A DNA stretch of 64,000 bases from Fibrobacteria bacterium. Lineage in GTDB: Bacteria; Fibrobacterota; Fibrobacteria; UBA11236; JADFYW01. The stretch spans positions 1 to 64,000 of the forward strand of contig JBNKOC010000022.1 in the NCBI GenBank assembly GCA_050294405.1. Direction: 5' to 3'. Positions 1 through 8,369 of the stretch are shown one piece after another. Under the pieces are notes generated by a model that saw nothing but the letters and a program-made list of their open reading frames with translations, had not been told where the DNA came from and did no database searches. The translations under genes and the position numbers were made by a program. Numbering within the stretch: the first letter of the stretch is position 1; each line of letters opens with the position of its first letter.

Positions 1-90
1 TCGCCGCTAGGTCCGAAAACCCCGCTCGACTTGCATGTATGAGGCACGCCATCAGCGTTCGTTCTGAGCCAGGATCAAACTCTCCATAAA
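1..90 (-). rRNA. rrs: 16S rRNA, 5' end (continues off the left edge of the window)
   Basis: The reverse complement reads TTTATGGAGAGTTTGATCCTGGCTCAGAACGAACGCTGATGGCGTGCCTCATACATGCAAGTCGAGCGG. The universal 27F site is at 64-83. The exact mature 5' end is approximate. Confidence 0.98.
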
Positions 91-227
91 TGTTTTTATA
101 AAGCTTTCAATCCAAACCCTATCACTTTTCTGATAAAAAGATTGACAGGTCGTTTGGGCTTCCCTTGCAATAAAACTCTTACAAGTTCAATTACCCGCAC
201 TCCTGCTTATTTCTGTCTACTTCAGTC

Positions 228-261
228 ATCTCAAAAAACCCATGCTTTTCTCTGAAAGCAT
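228..261 (-). promoter_or_regulatory. rRNA leader antitermination elements: boxB-like hairpin followed by boxA-like sequence
   Basis: The ATGCTTT..AAAGCAT hairpin (242-261) is followed on the minus strand by GGTTTTTTGAGAT, which resembles boxA and sits at the expected position just after the promoter. Confidence 0.5.
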
Positions 262-282
262 CACCATTTCAAGTGGGAATAC

Positions 283-311
283 ATAATATTTTAAAGGATT
301 TATTCCGTCAA
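283..311 (-). promoter_or_regulatory. sigma70 promoter of the rRNA operon
   Basis: Minus strand TTGACG (311-306), 17-nt spacer, TATTAT (288-283), about 190 nt upstream of the 16S 5' end. Confidence 0.8.
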
Positions 312-1256
312 CAGTTTTGAAACAATTTTTTGAAATTTTTTAAGCTCCCAATTTGCCCCATTTAACAGTTCTCGAACCCTAGGGTTATAAAGGGCCAAAC
401 TGCCTGGAATACGGGTGGAAAAATAGTTGATTTGCCGCTTAGCATAAGTCTTTGTTTTACTTTGTATTAAGCGTATTTCACGTTCCCAGTTTTTCGGGGT
501 ATCTTCTGACTCTAAGACCCGGGCGATTTCCCCGTATCCAAGGGCCGAAAAGGCCGGTAACTGGGAGGTTTTATAACTTTTTATCAAGTTTTTCACTTCT
601 TGCACCCAACCATCCTGAAACATTTTTTTTACCCGTTTGTTGATTTTTTGATGCAAAAGGGCCCTATCCTCCAATAAATTGAGGAAAAAAGCATTTTCAA
701 ACTGTTTTTTAGGCTTTTCTTCAGCCTTGAATTCCAAATAAGATTTTCCCGTATGGTAATAATTCTCCAATCTTTTAGTAATTCGATACATATCATTGGG
801 ATGTATGTTAGCAAGAGAAGCTGGGTCGAGCCTTCCCAATTCTTTAAAAGCCCACTCTTTTCCGTTTGAGCTTATTTTTAATTGAACTTTATTTTTTATT
901 TCTTCCGGTACAGCTTCCCGCTCTGCGGCTTCTTCCATCAGCAAACTCTTAATGTACATGGGAGTCCCGCCAGCCAATAAAAATGATGTATTGGGGTTTT
1001 GTTCCAAAATCTCCATAACATCGGCACAGTACTGCTTAACACTTAAGCCCTGAGTGGGCGAAATGTACTGTAGCAAATGATGGGGAACCTTTTCCAGTTT
1101 TTCTTTCTCCAAAAGACCTGTGCCAATGGCCATTCCCTGATAAACCTGACGAGAATCCGCAGAAATTATTTCCAGCCCATTTTTTAAGGCCAGCTCATAG
1201 GCCAAATCGGATTTACCCGAACTGGTAGCTCCAAAAATGGCTCCCACTAATGGCAT
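300..1256 (-). CDS. miaA: tRNA dimethylallyltransferase
   Basis: P-loop GATSSGKS, ISADSRQVY, PHHL, GGT, HPND, ALGY and YAKRQ motifs; 318 aa. Confidence 0.95.
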   Translation of the reverse strand: MPLVGAIFGATSSGKSDLAYELALKNGLEIISADSRQVYQGMAIGTGLLEKEKLEKVPHHLLQYISPTQGLSVKQYCADVMEILEQNPNTSFLLAGGTPMYIKSLLMEEAAEREAVPEEIKNKVQLKISSNGKEWAFKELGRLDPASLANIHPNDMYRITKRLENYYHTGKSYLEFKAEEKPKKQFENAFFLNLLEDRALLHQKINKRVKKMFQDGWVQEVKNLIKSYKTSQLPAFSALGYGEIARVLESEDTPKNWEREIRLIQSKTKTYAKRQINYFSTRIPGSLALYNPRVRELLNGANWELKKFQKIVSKLLTE

Positions 1257-1294
1257 AATAATTTTTCCATAGTTTTTTAATCTAACAACCCATA

Positions 1295-1494
1295 AGCCCG
1301 GGAAAAAGAATTATGAGGACTCTATTGAGTATAAGTGCGGGCCGAACTATAAGGTTTTTAGATTTAGTGAAGCAAACAGGACGGACAACAGACAATTGAA
1401 AACCCGTTTACCTTAGCGAAAAGGCTAGCCATTATATAGTGAGCCCAAATAACCAAGGGGAAGATAAAAAACAGGAGCCACTGGAAGCCGGGCT
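1295..1494 (-). ncRNA. candidate 6S-like rod-shaped RNA (about 200 nt)
   Basis: Four nested helices: 1488-1494/1295-1301, 1470-1479/1318-1326, 1435-1446/1339-1351 and 1403-1413/1370-1380. There is an asymmetric central bubble, and the G-U pairs work only on the minus strand. Confidence 0.45.
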
Positions 1495-1573
1495 AAATTT
1501 GATGCTAAAAGCGCACATATCCAGCCATTAAAACTCGATTGCCATTTTATCCTGCCAAAGTTAGTTTGAGGCC

Positions 1574-2710
1574 ATGCAATGGATAAAGCGAATCGCGGTT
1601 ATACTAATTATTGTGGCCGGAATTATTTTTTTGGGGAAAATAGCCCCTAACATTGGCACGCAAAAAGCAGTTTCGGTGTTGAAAAATCTGAATTTTACCA
1701 GTCATTTGAGCTCAGACAGCGCGCACCTGGAAAACCCCGAACCTGAGGTTGCAGATTCCAGCCGATATTTTCCCTGGAAACAGATATTAAGAGACAGCCT
1801 ATTTTTGCGCTATAGCCTGGATGACAGATATTTATCTGTTTGGGATTCTACTCATTGGCTTATGTATATGCCCAGAGGACGCAGCCTTTTGCATTATTCC
1901 CTGGAGCTTAAGGAGCTTTGTGAAACCCTTGGGATAAAGCTGGCGCGGGGAAGAGTCACCAGTTCTCAGGTCACCACTTTGCAACATATTTTAGTTAAGG
2001 GGCAGGACAGCCTCAAGTTGGATACGCGCTACGCCCGCAGTTATTTAAAAGAAAGGGCCAACTTTAGTTTGGTTTTTATGATGCCGGACAGCCTCAGTTT
2101 TAAGGAACTGGAACTATTAAACAAGCTGGATATTCCCTTGAGCTTGATTGTAAATCCCCATGGGGATTTGAACTGGCTGGCTCAACTGGAAAAACGAGAG
2201 TTGCGTGATATTGTTTGTCTATTGGCTATGGAGCCATTTGATTATCCCATAAGAAACCCCGGTGAAGGCACACTTCTGCTGCACCATAACGAAGAAAAAA
2301 TTGCCAGGCTTTTAGAGGAAAAACTTGAAAGACTGCCCACAGCAAAAGGTTTTGCGAGCTATTATGGACAGCGGGCCATTGAAAATAAAAAGTGGCTTAA
2401 ATCCATGTTAATAGTGCTGCAAAAAAAAGCGGGCATCTTTTTGGATTTAACCGAATCCCAACGCAGTTATGCAGAACTCAGCTGCCGGGAAATAGATTTA
2501 AATTGCAGACGCAGCACTGTTTTGTCAGGACAAAAACTGGAAAAGCGCTTGAAGTATAAAAGCAATTCGGCTTACCGTTATGGTGAGGCACTGGTGGTGG
2601 CAAAATGGAGCATAGGAAACGCCAAAATAGTTTTGGATGTTTTAACTGCAAAAGAGATTCAGGCCAACGGCCTTAAAATGATTAAATTTTCACAAATGGA
2701 AAACTATTAA
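1574..2710 (+). CDS. membrane-anchored divergent polysaccharide deacetylase-family (YibQ-like) protein with a degenerate active site
   Basis: N-terminal TM helix; the C-terminal domain has LAMEP..YP...PG (cf. HLPMEP) and F.LD.T-like motifs, but the DD and His ligands are absent. Confidence 0.65.
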   Translation: MQWIKRIAVILIIVAGIIFLGKIAPNIGTQKAVSVLKNLNFTSHLSSDSAHLENPEPEVADSSRYFPWKQILRDSLFLRYSLDDRYLSVWDSTHWLMYMPRGRSLLHYSLELKELCETLGIKLARGRVTSSQVTTLQHILVKGQDSLKLDTRYARSYLKERANFSLVFMMPDSLSFKELELLNKLDIPLSLIVNPHGDLNWLAQLEKRELRDIVCLLAMEPFDYPIRNPGEGTLLLHHNEEKIARLLEEKLERLPTAKGFASYYGQRAIENKKWLKSMLIVLQKKAGIFLDLTESQRSYAELSCREIDLNCRRSTVLSGQKLEKRLKYKSNSAYRYGEALVVAKWSIGNAKIVLDVLTAKEIQANGLKMIKFSQMENY

Positions 2711-2725
2711 TCCCGAGGAGTAGCA

Positions 2726-3454
2726 ATGCCAAAGTTAACTGTAAACGTGGATCATTTAGGGACTCTGAGAGAAGCGCGAAAATTGCGCGAGCCAGACCCT
2801 GTGGCGGCCTCCGTTTTGATTGAATTAGCAGGAGCCCACGGGATTTCCGCCCATTTACGGGAGGATAGGAAACATTTACACGACCGGGATATTAAGCTTT
2901 TGCGTCAAACTTTATCCACCAAATTGAATTTGGTCATGGCACCCACTCAAAACATGATTCAGTTTGCCATTGACGTATTGCCCGATATGGTGACTTTAGT
3001 GATGGAGTCCAAGGAGTCCCTAACCATTGAAGCTGGACTTAATGTTTCTGCTAACATGGCAGCCCTGGAAAAAATGGTGGCCAGTTTAAGGATGCACGAT
3101 ATATTTGTAAGCCTTTTAATTGAACCCGATTTTTCCCAAATCAAGGCAGCCAAAAAAATTGGCGCCCACGGGGTTGAGCTTTTTACCGGGGCCTTTGCCA
3201 ACGCCTATGATTACGGGGAGGATGACATGAGCTGGCAAATCGAATTGGATAAAATTGAAAAGTCCGCCCAACTTGCCAAAAAAAATGAGTTAGCTGTTTA
3301 TGCGGGCGTTGGTCTTAGCTACAACAATGTGGAACCACTGGCCAGCTTGCCCGAGCTGGATGAAGTAGATATTGGCCATGCCATTGTTGCTCGCGCGGCT
3401 CTGGTGGGGTTGGATAAGGCCGTACGGGATATGTTAGGTATTCTTGGTAAATAA
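2726..3454 (+). CDS. pdxJ: pyridoxine 5'-phosphate synthase homologue (catalytic Glu and His substituted)
   Basis: VNVDH.TLR, HLREDRKH.DRD and IGHAI motifs; RBS GAGGAG. NLEMA has become NLVMA and AGHGL has become AGVGL. Confidence 0.85.
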   Translation: MPKLTVNVDHLGTLREARKLREPDPVAASVLIELAGAHGISAHLREDRKHLHDRDIKLLRQTLSTKLNLVMAPTQNMIQFAIDVLPDMVTLVMESKESLTIEAGLNVSANMAALEKMVASLRMHDIFVSLLIEPDFSQIKAAKKIGAHGVELFTGAFANAYDYGEDDMSWQIELDKIEKSAQLAKKNELAVYAGVGLSYNNVEPLASLPELDEVDIGHAIVARAALVGLDKAVRDMLGILGK

Positions 3455-3808
3455 AACAAAACCAATCGCAATGATTGCTGGCAAAGCCTGAACCATAAAT
3501 ATTTTTTTTGAGGCCGTTATTGCGCCGTATATTCCTGCAATAATGACGCATGCCAAAAAGAACAATCGGATATTGATTTGCCAATTCACATCAGAAATTA
3601 AAAACGACCAAATTAATCCTGCTGATAAAAAACCGTTGTAAAGCCCCTGATTTGCAGCTAATCCTTTTGTTGGTTTAAACAAATTTTCTGGAATGGTTTT
3701 AAATGCCTTTTTGCCCGCTGTTTCCCATGCGAACATTTCAATCCAAAGTATATACAAATGTTCTAGCGCCACAAAAGCGGTTAATATTTGCGAAATTATA
3801 TTTAGCAT
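3434..3808 (-). CDS. DUF1304-family membrane protein
   Basis: VALEHLYILWIEMFAW, ANQGLYNGFL and QALPA motifs. Start placed at the ATG at 3808 after an AAGGGG RBS (the ORF track extends to 3868). Overlaps the pdxJ 3' end by 21 nt. Confidence 0.85.
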   Translation of the reverse strand: MLNIISQILTAFVALEHLYILWIEMFAWETAGKKAFKTIPENLFKPTKGLAANQGLYNGFLSAGLIWSFLISDVNWQINIRLFFLACVIIAGIYGAITASKKIFMVQALPAIIAIGFVLFTKNT

Positions 3809-4037
3809 CACGGTCCCCTTATAAAATATTCCAGCCGCTGCCCAATTATGAAATGGAGGGCCTTTCAAATATTAGATTTTGTCAAAATTTAAGTATTCAT
3901 AAAACTATTTACCAAGCATTAGATCTAATAAGGCTGCAAAACTTTATATACAAATAGCCTGGTCACATTTTTTTTATGCCGGATACCCATTAAGTAAAAA
4001 AAAAGGCATCCGTTTTTTATCTTATTTTAAGTTAAAA

Positions 4038-4539
4038 TAGACCTGAATCTTGTGCCTTAGAGTTAACAAAAGCCGCAGGAAAAGCAGCGGGCGATGACGT
4101 ACATAGACGTACGTCGAGGTCGGTGGTTTTCCTAGAACACAGAAAAATGACCGTATAAATTCTAAGCCAAAATTGATTTTAGGCGAGCTAATTCAAGGCC
4201 GCAGGAAAAGCAGCGGGCGATGGCGTACATTAGGTACGTCGAGGTCGGTGGTTTTACGAGAACGCAGAAATGACCGTATAAATTCTAAGCCAAAATTGAT
4301 TTTAGGCGAGGCAGTTCGAGGCGAAGCAAAGGCGGGAGGGCGAAGCTGTGCTTCTAGCACTGCAAGGTCTCATGGATTTGCGCCAACGAAGAAGTAGCCG
4401 TATAAATTCTAAACCAAAATTGATTTTAGGCGAGGCAGTTCAAGGCGGAGCAAAGGCAGGAGGGCGAAGCTGTGCTTCTAGCACTGCAAGGTCTCATGGA
4501 TTTGCGACAACGAAGAAATGGCCGCCTAAAATCAATTTT
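4038..4539. repeat. tandem array of four ~124-bp palindromic (RPE/MITE-like) elements of two subtypes (A,A,B,B)
   Basis: A 37-bp junction CCGTATAAATTCTAAGCCAAAATTGATTTTAGGCGAG occurs at 4151, 4274 and 4398 (one mismatch in the third). Internal hairpins are GACGTAC..GTACGTC (A) and GTGCT..AGCAC (B). A perfect 17-bp inverted repeat lies at 4416-4432/4523-4539. Confidence 0.9.
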
Positions 4540-6655
4540 TAAAGGACCATTGGACTCCCCAGCGCATATTAATCCCCTCCGGGTGACTACCCGGCTGAAT
4601 GGCATAGCGCTGATGGTAAAAGTTTTTAACCTGAGCTATCAACTTAAAACTGCGGATTTGCATGCTGGCTAAAAAGTCCAGGGCCAGGTAGGGATTTAGT
4701 CTTTCTAACTCTACGGTTCCAGGACTTGTTATAATGTACCCATAGCGAAGGGGCCAATATTCCCAGTTCCATTGGGTATTTACCCTTAGGCGGTTAAACA
4801 CAAAACGGTTTTCCCATTCCAGAGAACCCTTTAACAAATAGGATGGTTCACTTTTATTTATATCGGTATCAGAACGAAATAAGGGATGTGAAACCTTTTC
4901 TCTTAGATTTGTATGGACTCTTATATGATGCTCCAGTGATTTTTTCCAGTTGCCAAATTTAACTTCCGCCCAATAACCAATTAATTCCCTGGATTGTTCC
5001 ACTCCATTATGGGCAACGGCCAAATCCCAATCACCAGCCTCACGGAAATTACTAAAAGGAGTTTTATTCCATAATGGATCTTCTATATACTGGCTGTAAA
5101 AGTGAATTCCTCCGGAAAGTCTATTGTGCATCCAATCCACATGGACTCCCTGTTCCCTAATTTTTTCCGGTAGCAAATCATCTTGCGCCATTCTTAAAAG
5201 TTTTGCGTTGGGAAGGTATTGCAATTTCCAATGGGGAAAACCCGGTTCAAAACTGTTGATGTATTTAATTTCAAAACCATAAGGCAAATCAATTTTCATT
5301 TTTCCATTGTGGCCATATACAATTTCCTTCTTGTTTTCCATATTGCTGAGGCGATGGGCCCCTGCGGAAACATCCAATTCCATAAGGGAGTATATGTAAT
5401 GAAGCCCCGCCCCCATAACTTCCCAATCTTCAAAACCTTCCGTATTTTGGCTTTTATAGCCAGAGTTTTCCCAGCTTCCAAAACTGCCAAAATGCAAAGG
5501 GGCTTTCACCAATAAGTTTTGCGCTCGAACAAAAAGAGAAGGGGTAAAGGCTCCAAATTTTCGACTGGCATTCAAATTTAAAAACTGGCTTTGCCCGCTA
5601 TACTCCAAAAAAGCCTCAGTGCTGTCTTCTTCAACAGGCCAAAGGGCTGATTCAAAATTTTCCCACCAGTTTTGATTTGCCTGTAAATCCCAGTTAACAC
5701 CTAAAAATTTTCCCCGGTAAAGAAATTGCAGAGAACGTTCCAGATGCTCCTTATCTTCGGGAATTTGATTTTTCTCAGTGTAAAACTCATGTTCAATTTC
5801 TGTAAACCCCGGATAGGGAAACTGAGACTTGTTTCGAAAATGCAAAAAGGAAAACTCCAGGGCGTGATTATCTCCCAACTGCACTCCGATACTGGGCTGA
5901 ATACCAAACACATTGGAGGCCAGGGAGTTTCCCGTAATCACCAAATCCGAGCTGTCCCGAGTCATAACATCTATGCCAAATAGTTTGCCAATGCCAAAAC
6001 CGCTAAGAGCCAATTGATGGGCCTGGAAAGGGTAATCGTATTCAATTTGGCTGGAAGCATAAGAAGACATTTCCAAAGAGGCATATACCCTACGGCTTAA
6101 ATTTCGTTTAAAGTCCAGCTGGAATACATTGAGTTCCAGGGCCCCCCTCTCCCAAAAAATTTGGGTGAATGGCGTATCCAGGGGGCTAGTTTTAAAAAAG
6201 GGAATGTGTCCGCCAGCTTTATAAAGTTCAGGTCCCGCAACCGGAAATAGCATTTGGCGGCCGAGCCCACCCCATTCTTCTTCAGAAGAACCTGTTAAAG
6301 AAGAATAAAGATTGGAATTGGCAACAGGCCTCCATCGGTAAGCGGACCAGAGTTTAGCTCCGCTTCCCGGTAACCCCAACTCCTGGGAAAAAAGTCCCCG
6401 CTCTTTGCGAAAGCATTGGGCCGTATTTTCGGCAAACTCCCAACAGGGATAGGTTTTTTGCCCGGCATACATCCAGGCCAATGTGTCTTTTTTGGAAAGG
6501 CTGTCTGAAAGTTTTGAAGTTTCTTTGGCAATGGGTTTACCAGCTTTTTTGTTTTTACCCTTGGGAAATCCAGCTGCATTCACTCCAAAAAGCAGCAGGC
6601 AAGCAAAAGCTGCCAGCCAAAACCTTGGTAAAATGGTAAAAAATCCCCTTTTCAT
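4532..6655 (-). CDS. large outer-membrane beta-barrel protein (putative porin)
   Basis: Signal peptide, amphipathic aromatic-rich strands and a C-terminal MRWGVQWSF strand; 707 aa. Confidence 0.65.
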   Translation of the reverse strand: MKRGFFTILPRFWLAAFACLLLFGVNAAGFPKGKNKKAGKPIAKETSKLSDSLSKKDTLAWMYAGQKTYPCWEFAENTAQCFRKERGLFSQELGLPGSGAKLWSAYRWRPVANSNLYSSLTGSSEEEWGGLGRQMLFPVAGPELYKAGGHIPFFKTSPLDTPFTQIFWERGALELNVFQLDFKRNLSRRVYASLEMSSYASSQIEYDYPFQAHQLALSGFGIGKLFGIDVMTRDSSDLVITGNSLASNVFGIQPSIGVQLGDNHALEFSFLHFRNKSQFPYPGFTEIEHEFYTEKNQIPEDKEHLERSLQFLYRGKFLGVNWDLQANQNWWENFESALWPVEEDSTEAFLEYSGQSQFLNLNASRKFGAFTPSLFVRAQNLLVKAPLHFGSFGSWENSGYKSQNTEGFEDWEVMGAGLHYIYSLMELDVSAGAHRLSNMENKKEIVYGHNGKMKIDLPYGFEIKYINSFEPGFPHWKLQYLPNAKLLRMAQDDLLPEKIREQGVHVDWMHNRLSGGIHFYSQYIEDPLWNKTPFSNFREAGDWDLAVAHNGVEQSRELIGYWAEVKFGNWKKSLEHHIRVHTNLREKVSHPLFRSDTDINKSEPSYLLKGSLEWENRFVFNRLRVNTQWNWEYWPLRYGYIITSPGTVELERLNPYLALDFLASMQIRSFKLIAQVKNFYHQRYAIQPGSHPEGINMRWGVQWSFKN

Positions 6656-6890
6656 TTAGAGTCCAATTTAAAATTTATTTGCCAAAGGTTTTATCCTTGT
6701 GGGATATTCAGCGTAATTTTTTGGGAAATTTTAAAATTCGGCCAAAATAATAAGGTTTTTAGGCAAATAGACCGATAGTTATAAAAAGAAAGACCCAAAA
6801 GCCTGGAGAAAAGACTATTGAGTGCAAAAATACAAAACAAAAAAGGGGATCGCTTGCGATTGAACTTGCGGGCAATTTACAATTAGACCA

Positions 6891-8180
6891 ATGAGATTTT
6901 TTTCAAAAACAGCATTAGGACGAATTGGTCAAATTCTGCTTGCAGGTTTTCTGCTGCTATCTGTTTGGAGTTGCAGTAAAAGTGGGCCAAAGCAAAAAGC
7001 GGTGGTTCTTTATAAGCAACAGGCCTTTGACTGGATAGCCAATCTTTCCGGGCCCAAAGAAAAAGGCATTCTTACCTCGGAATCCTACAGCGACTCCATT
7101 ATAACAGCTCTGTTTAAACTCAGGCCCAATGTACTTTCTCTGGAACTTAGCTCCAACAGCGAAGACAGCGTATTCATATTATGGAATGAAAGTTTTTTTA
7201 TTTTCCCCAATAAAACAGCCTCCAAAGCCCACCACTCTCATATTTCTTATGAGCAGCGCCTTCGCCCATTGCCCATGGAAGTTTTGGTGAAAGATTACCC
7301 ACAATATTATTATGTGGCTCCCAAAAACAAAGTAACCTGGAATAATCTGGAGAAAAACTGGCGAAGCTTTCCCTTAATGGAAGGCAGCGCCCGTTCTATG
7401 GAAGGAGAAAAAATCAGATTTGTACTGGCTATCCATAACAGGGGCCGCACCCTGCGTTATCCTTTTGAATTCACCATCGAAAAAGCTGTGCCCATTACTT
7501 TAAACATCAAAAGAAAAGGTTCTATAAATACTAAATATTCAGAATTTCCAGAATTACAAAACAATTCAAGTACGCAGGATGTAAACCCCGATTACCCCGA
7601 CTTAAAGGGACCCAAAGAAAATGGGGGTCCCATGTCCATGCCTCAGCAGACGGATGGCATCCTGGAGGAAGATATAAAAGAAGGCCCCACGGTGATGCCC
7701 GGTGGAAAAGCAGCCATAGAAAAAACCTTCAATCCGAATAGCAGTCCTCAATCAGAAAACCCGGCAGCTTTGGAAAGCACGGGGCAAAAAGCCACACAAT
7801 CTGCTAACCCCGGAAATAAAACGCAAGGTGAACAAAGGCCGCAAGAGGACAATGCTACAGCGAATGGCTCAAATGCAGCCCCAGCACAACCGGTCACTCG
7901 TTCCCAAAAGGGGATTCAAAATTTGCTGGAAAAATTGGAAGCCAGCAAAAAGCTCTATAATGAAAACGAAGGAGAGCAAACATCACCCGCGGCTAATGAG
8001 CAAAGTGCCGAGTCCGATGGACCGGAGGAAACCATTACCACCATTCCGCTAATTGATTTCAACGAAGAAGCCGCGCAAAAAGAAAAGACCCCCGACAGCC
8101 AAGCCAACCCGGACAAGGCCCCTGCCAGCCAAAGCACTATAGGCAATGGAGCCGCCCGCCGCAGCGTGGGCTCTATTTAG
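6891..8180 (+). CDS. hypothetical lipoprotein with a long disordered Pro/Gln/Glu-rich C-terminal half
   Basis: Lipobox-like LSVWSC; an approximately 180-aa globular N-domain followed by a low-complexity tail. Confidence 0.7.
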   Translation: MRFFSKTALGRIGQILLAGFLLLSVWSCSKSGPKQKAVVLYKQQAFDWIANLSGPKEKGILTSESYSDSIITALFKLRPNVLSLELSSNSEDSVFILWNESFFIFPNKTASKAHHSHISYEQRLRPLPMEVLVKDYPQYYYVAPKNKVTWNNLEKNWRSFPLMEGSARSMEGEKIRFVLAIHNRGRTLRYPFEFTIEKAVPITLNIKRKGSINTKYSEFPELQNNSSTQDVNPDYPDLKGPKENGGPMSMPQQTDGILEEDIKEGPTVMPGGKAAIEKTFNPNSSPQSENPAALESTGQKATQSANPGNKTQGEQRPQEDNATANGSNAAPAQPVTRSQKGIQNLLEKLEASKKLYNENEGEQTSPAANEQSAESDGPEETITTIPLIDFNEEAAQKEKTPDSQANPDKAPASQSTIGNGAARRSVGSI

Positions 8181-8369
8181 CAGCAGCTTCAAAGCTTCCT
8201 TCAATAACATCAAATTTCTAAAAAGAGTTTTCATTACTTTATGGCGTTTTGCTATAAGTAATTAGGCTCATAGTTTTTATATTGTTGGTTGAGAGGAAAA
8301 TATTTTTTTAATCCGGCCACTCTGTTTTTTCCACAAGGGTTATCCGGCAAATTTTTATCGGTCGTTAGG

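Noticed and set aside
4151..4434. CRISPR array (three 37-bp direct repeats)
   Set aside because: The intervening segments are about 86 nt, structured and duplicated rather than unique, and no cas genes are present in the window.
4173..4672. Short ORFs across the repeat array
   Set aside because: They are translations of the repeat units with no RBS, and one overlaps the OMP gene antisense.
6751..6778. Possible sigma28 promoter TAAG-N16-ACCGATAG before the lipoprotein gene
   Set aside because: Both boxes are mismatched and the spacer is 16 nt; a sigma70-type promoter lies nearer the ATG. Not excluded, but unsupported.
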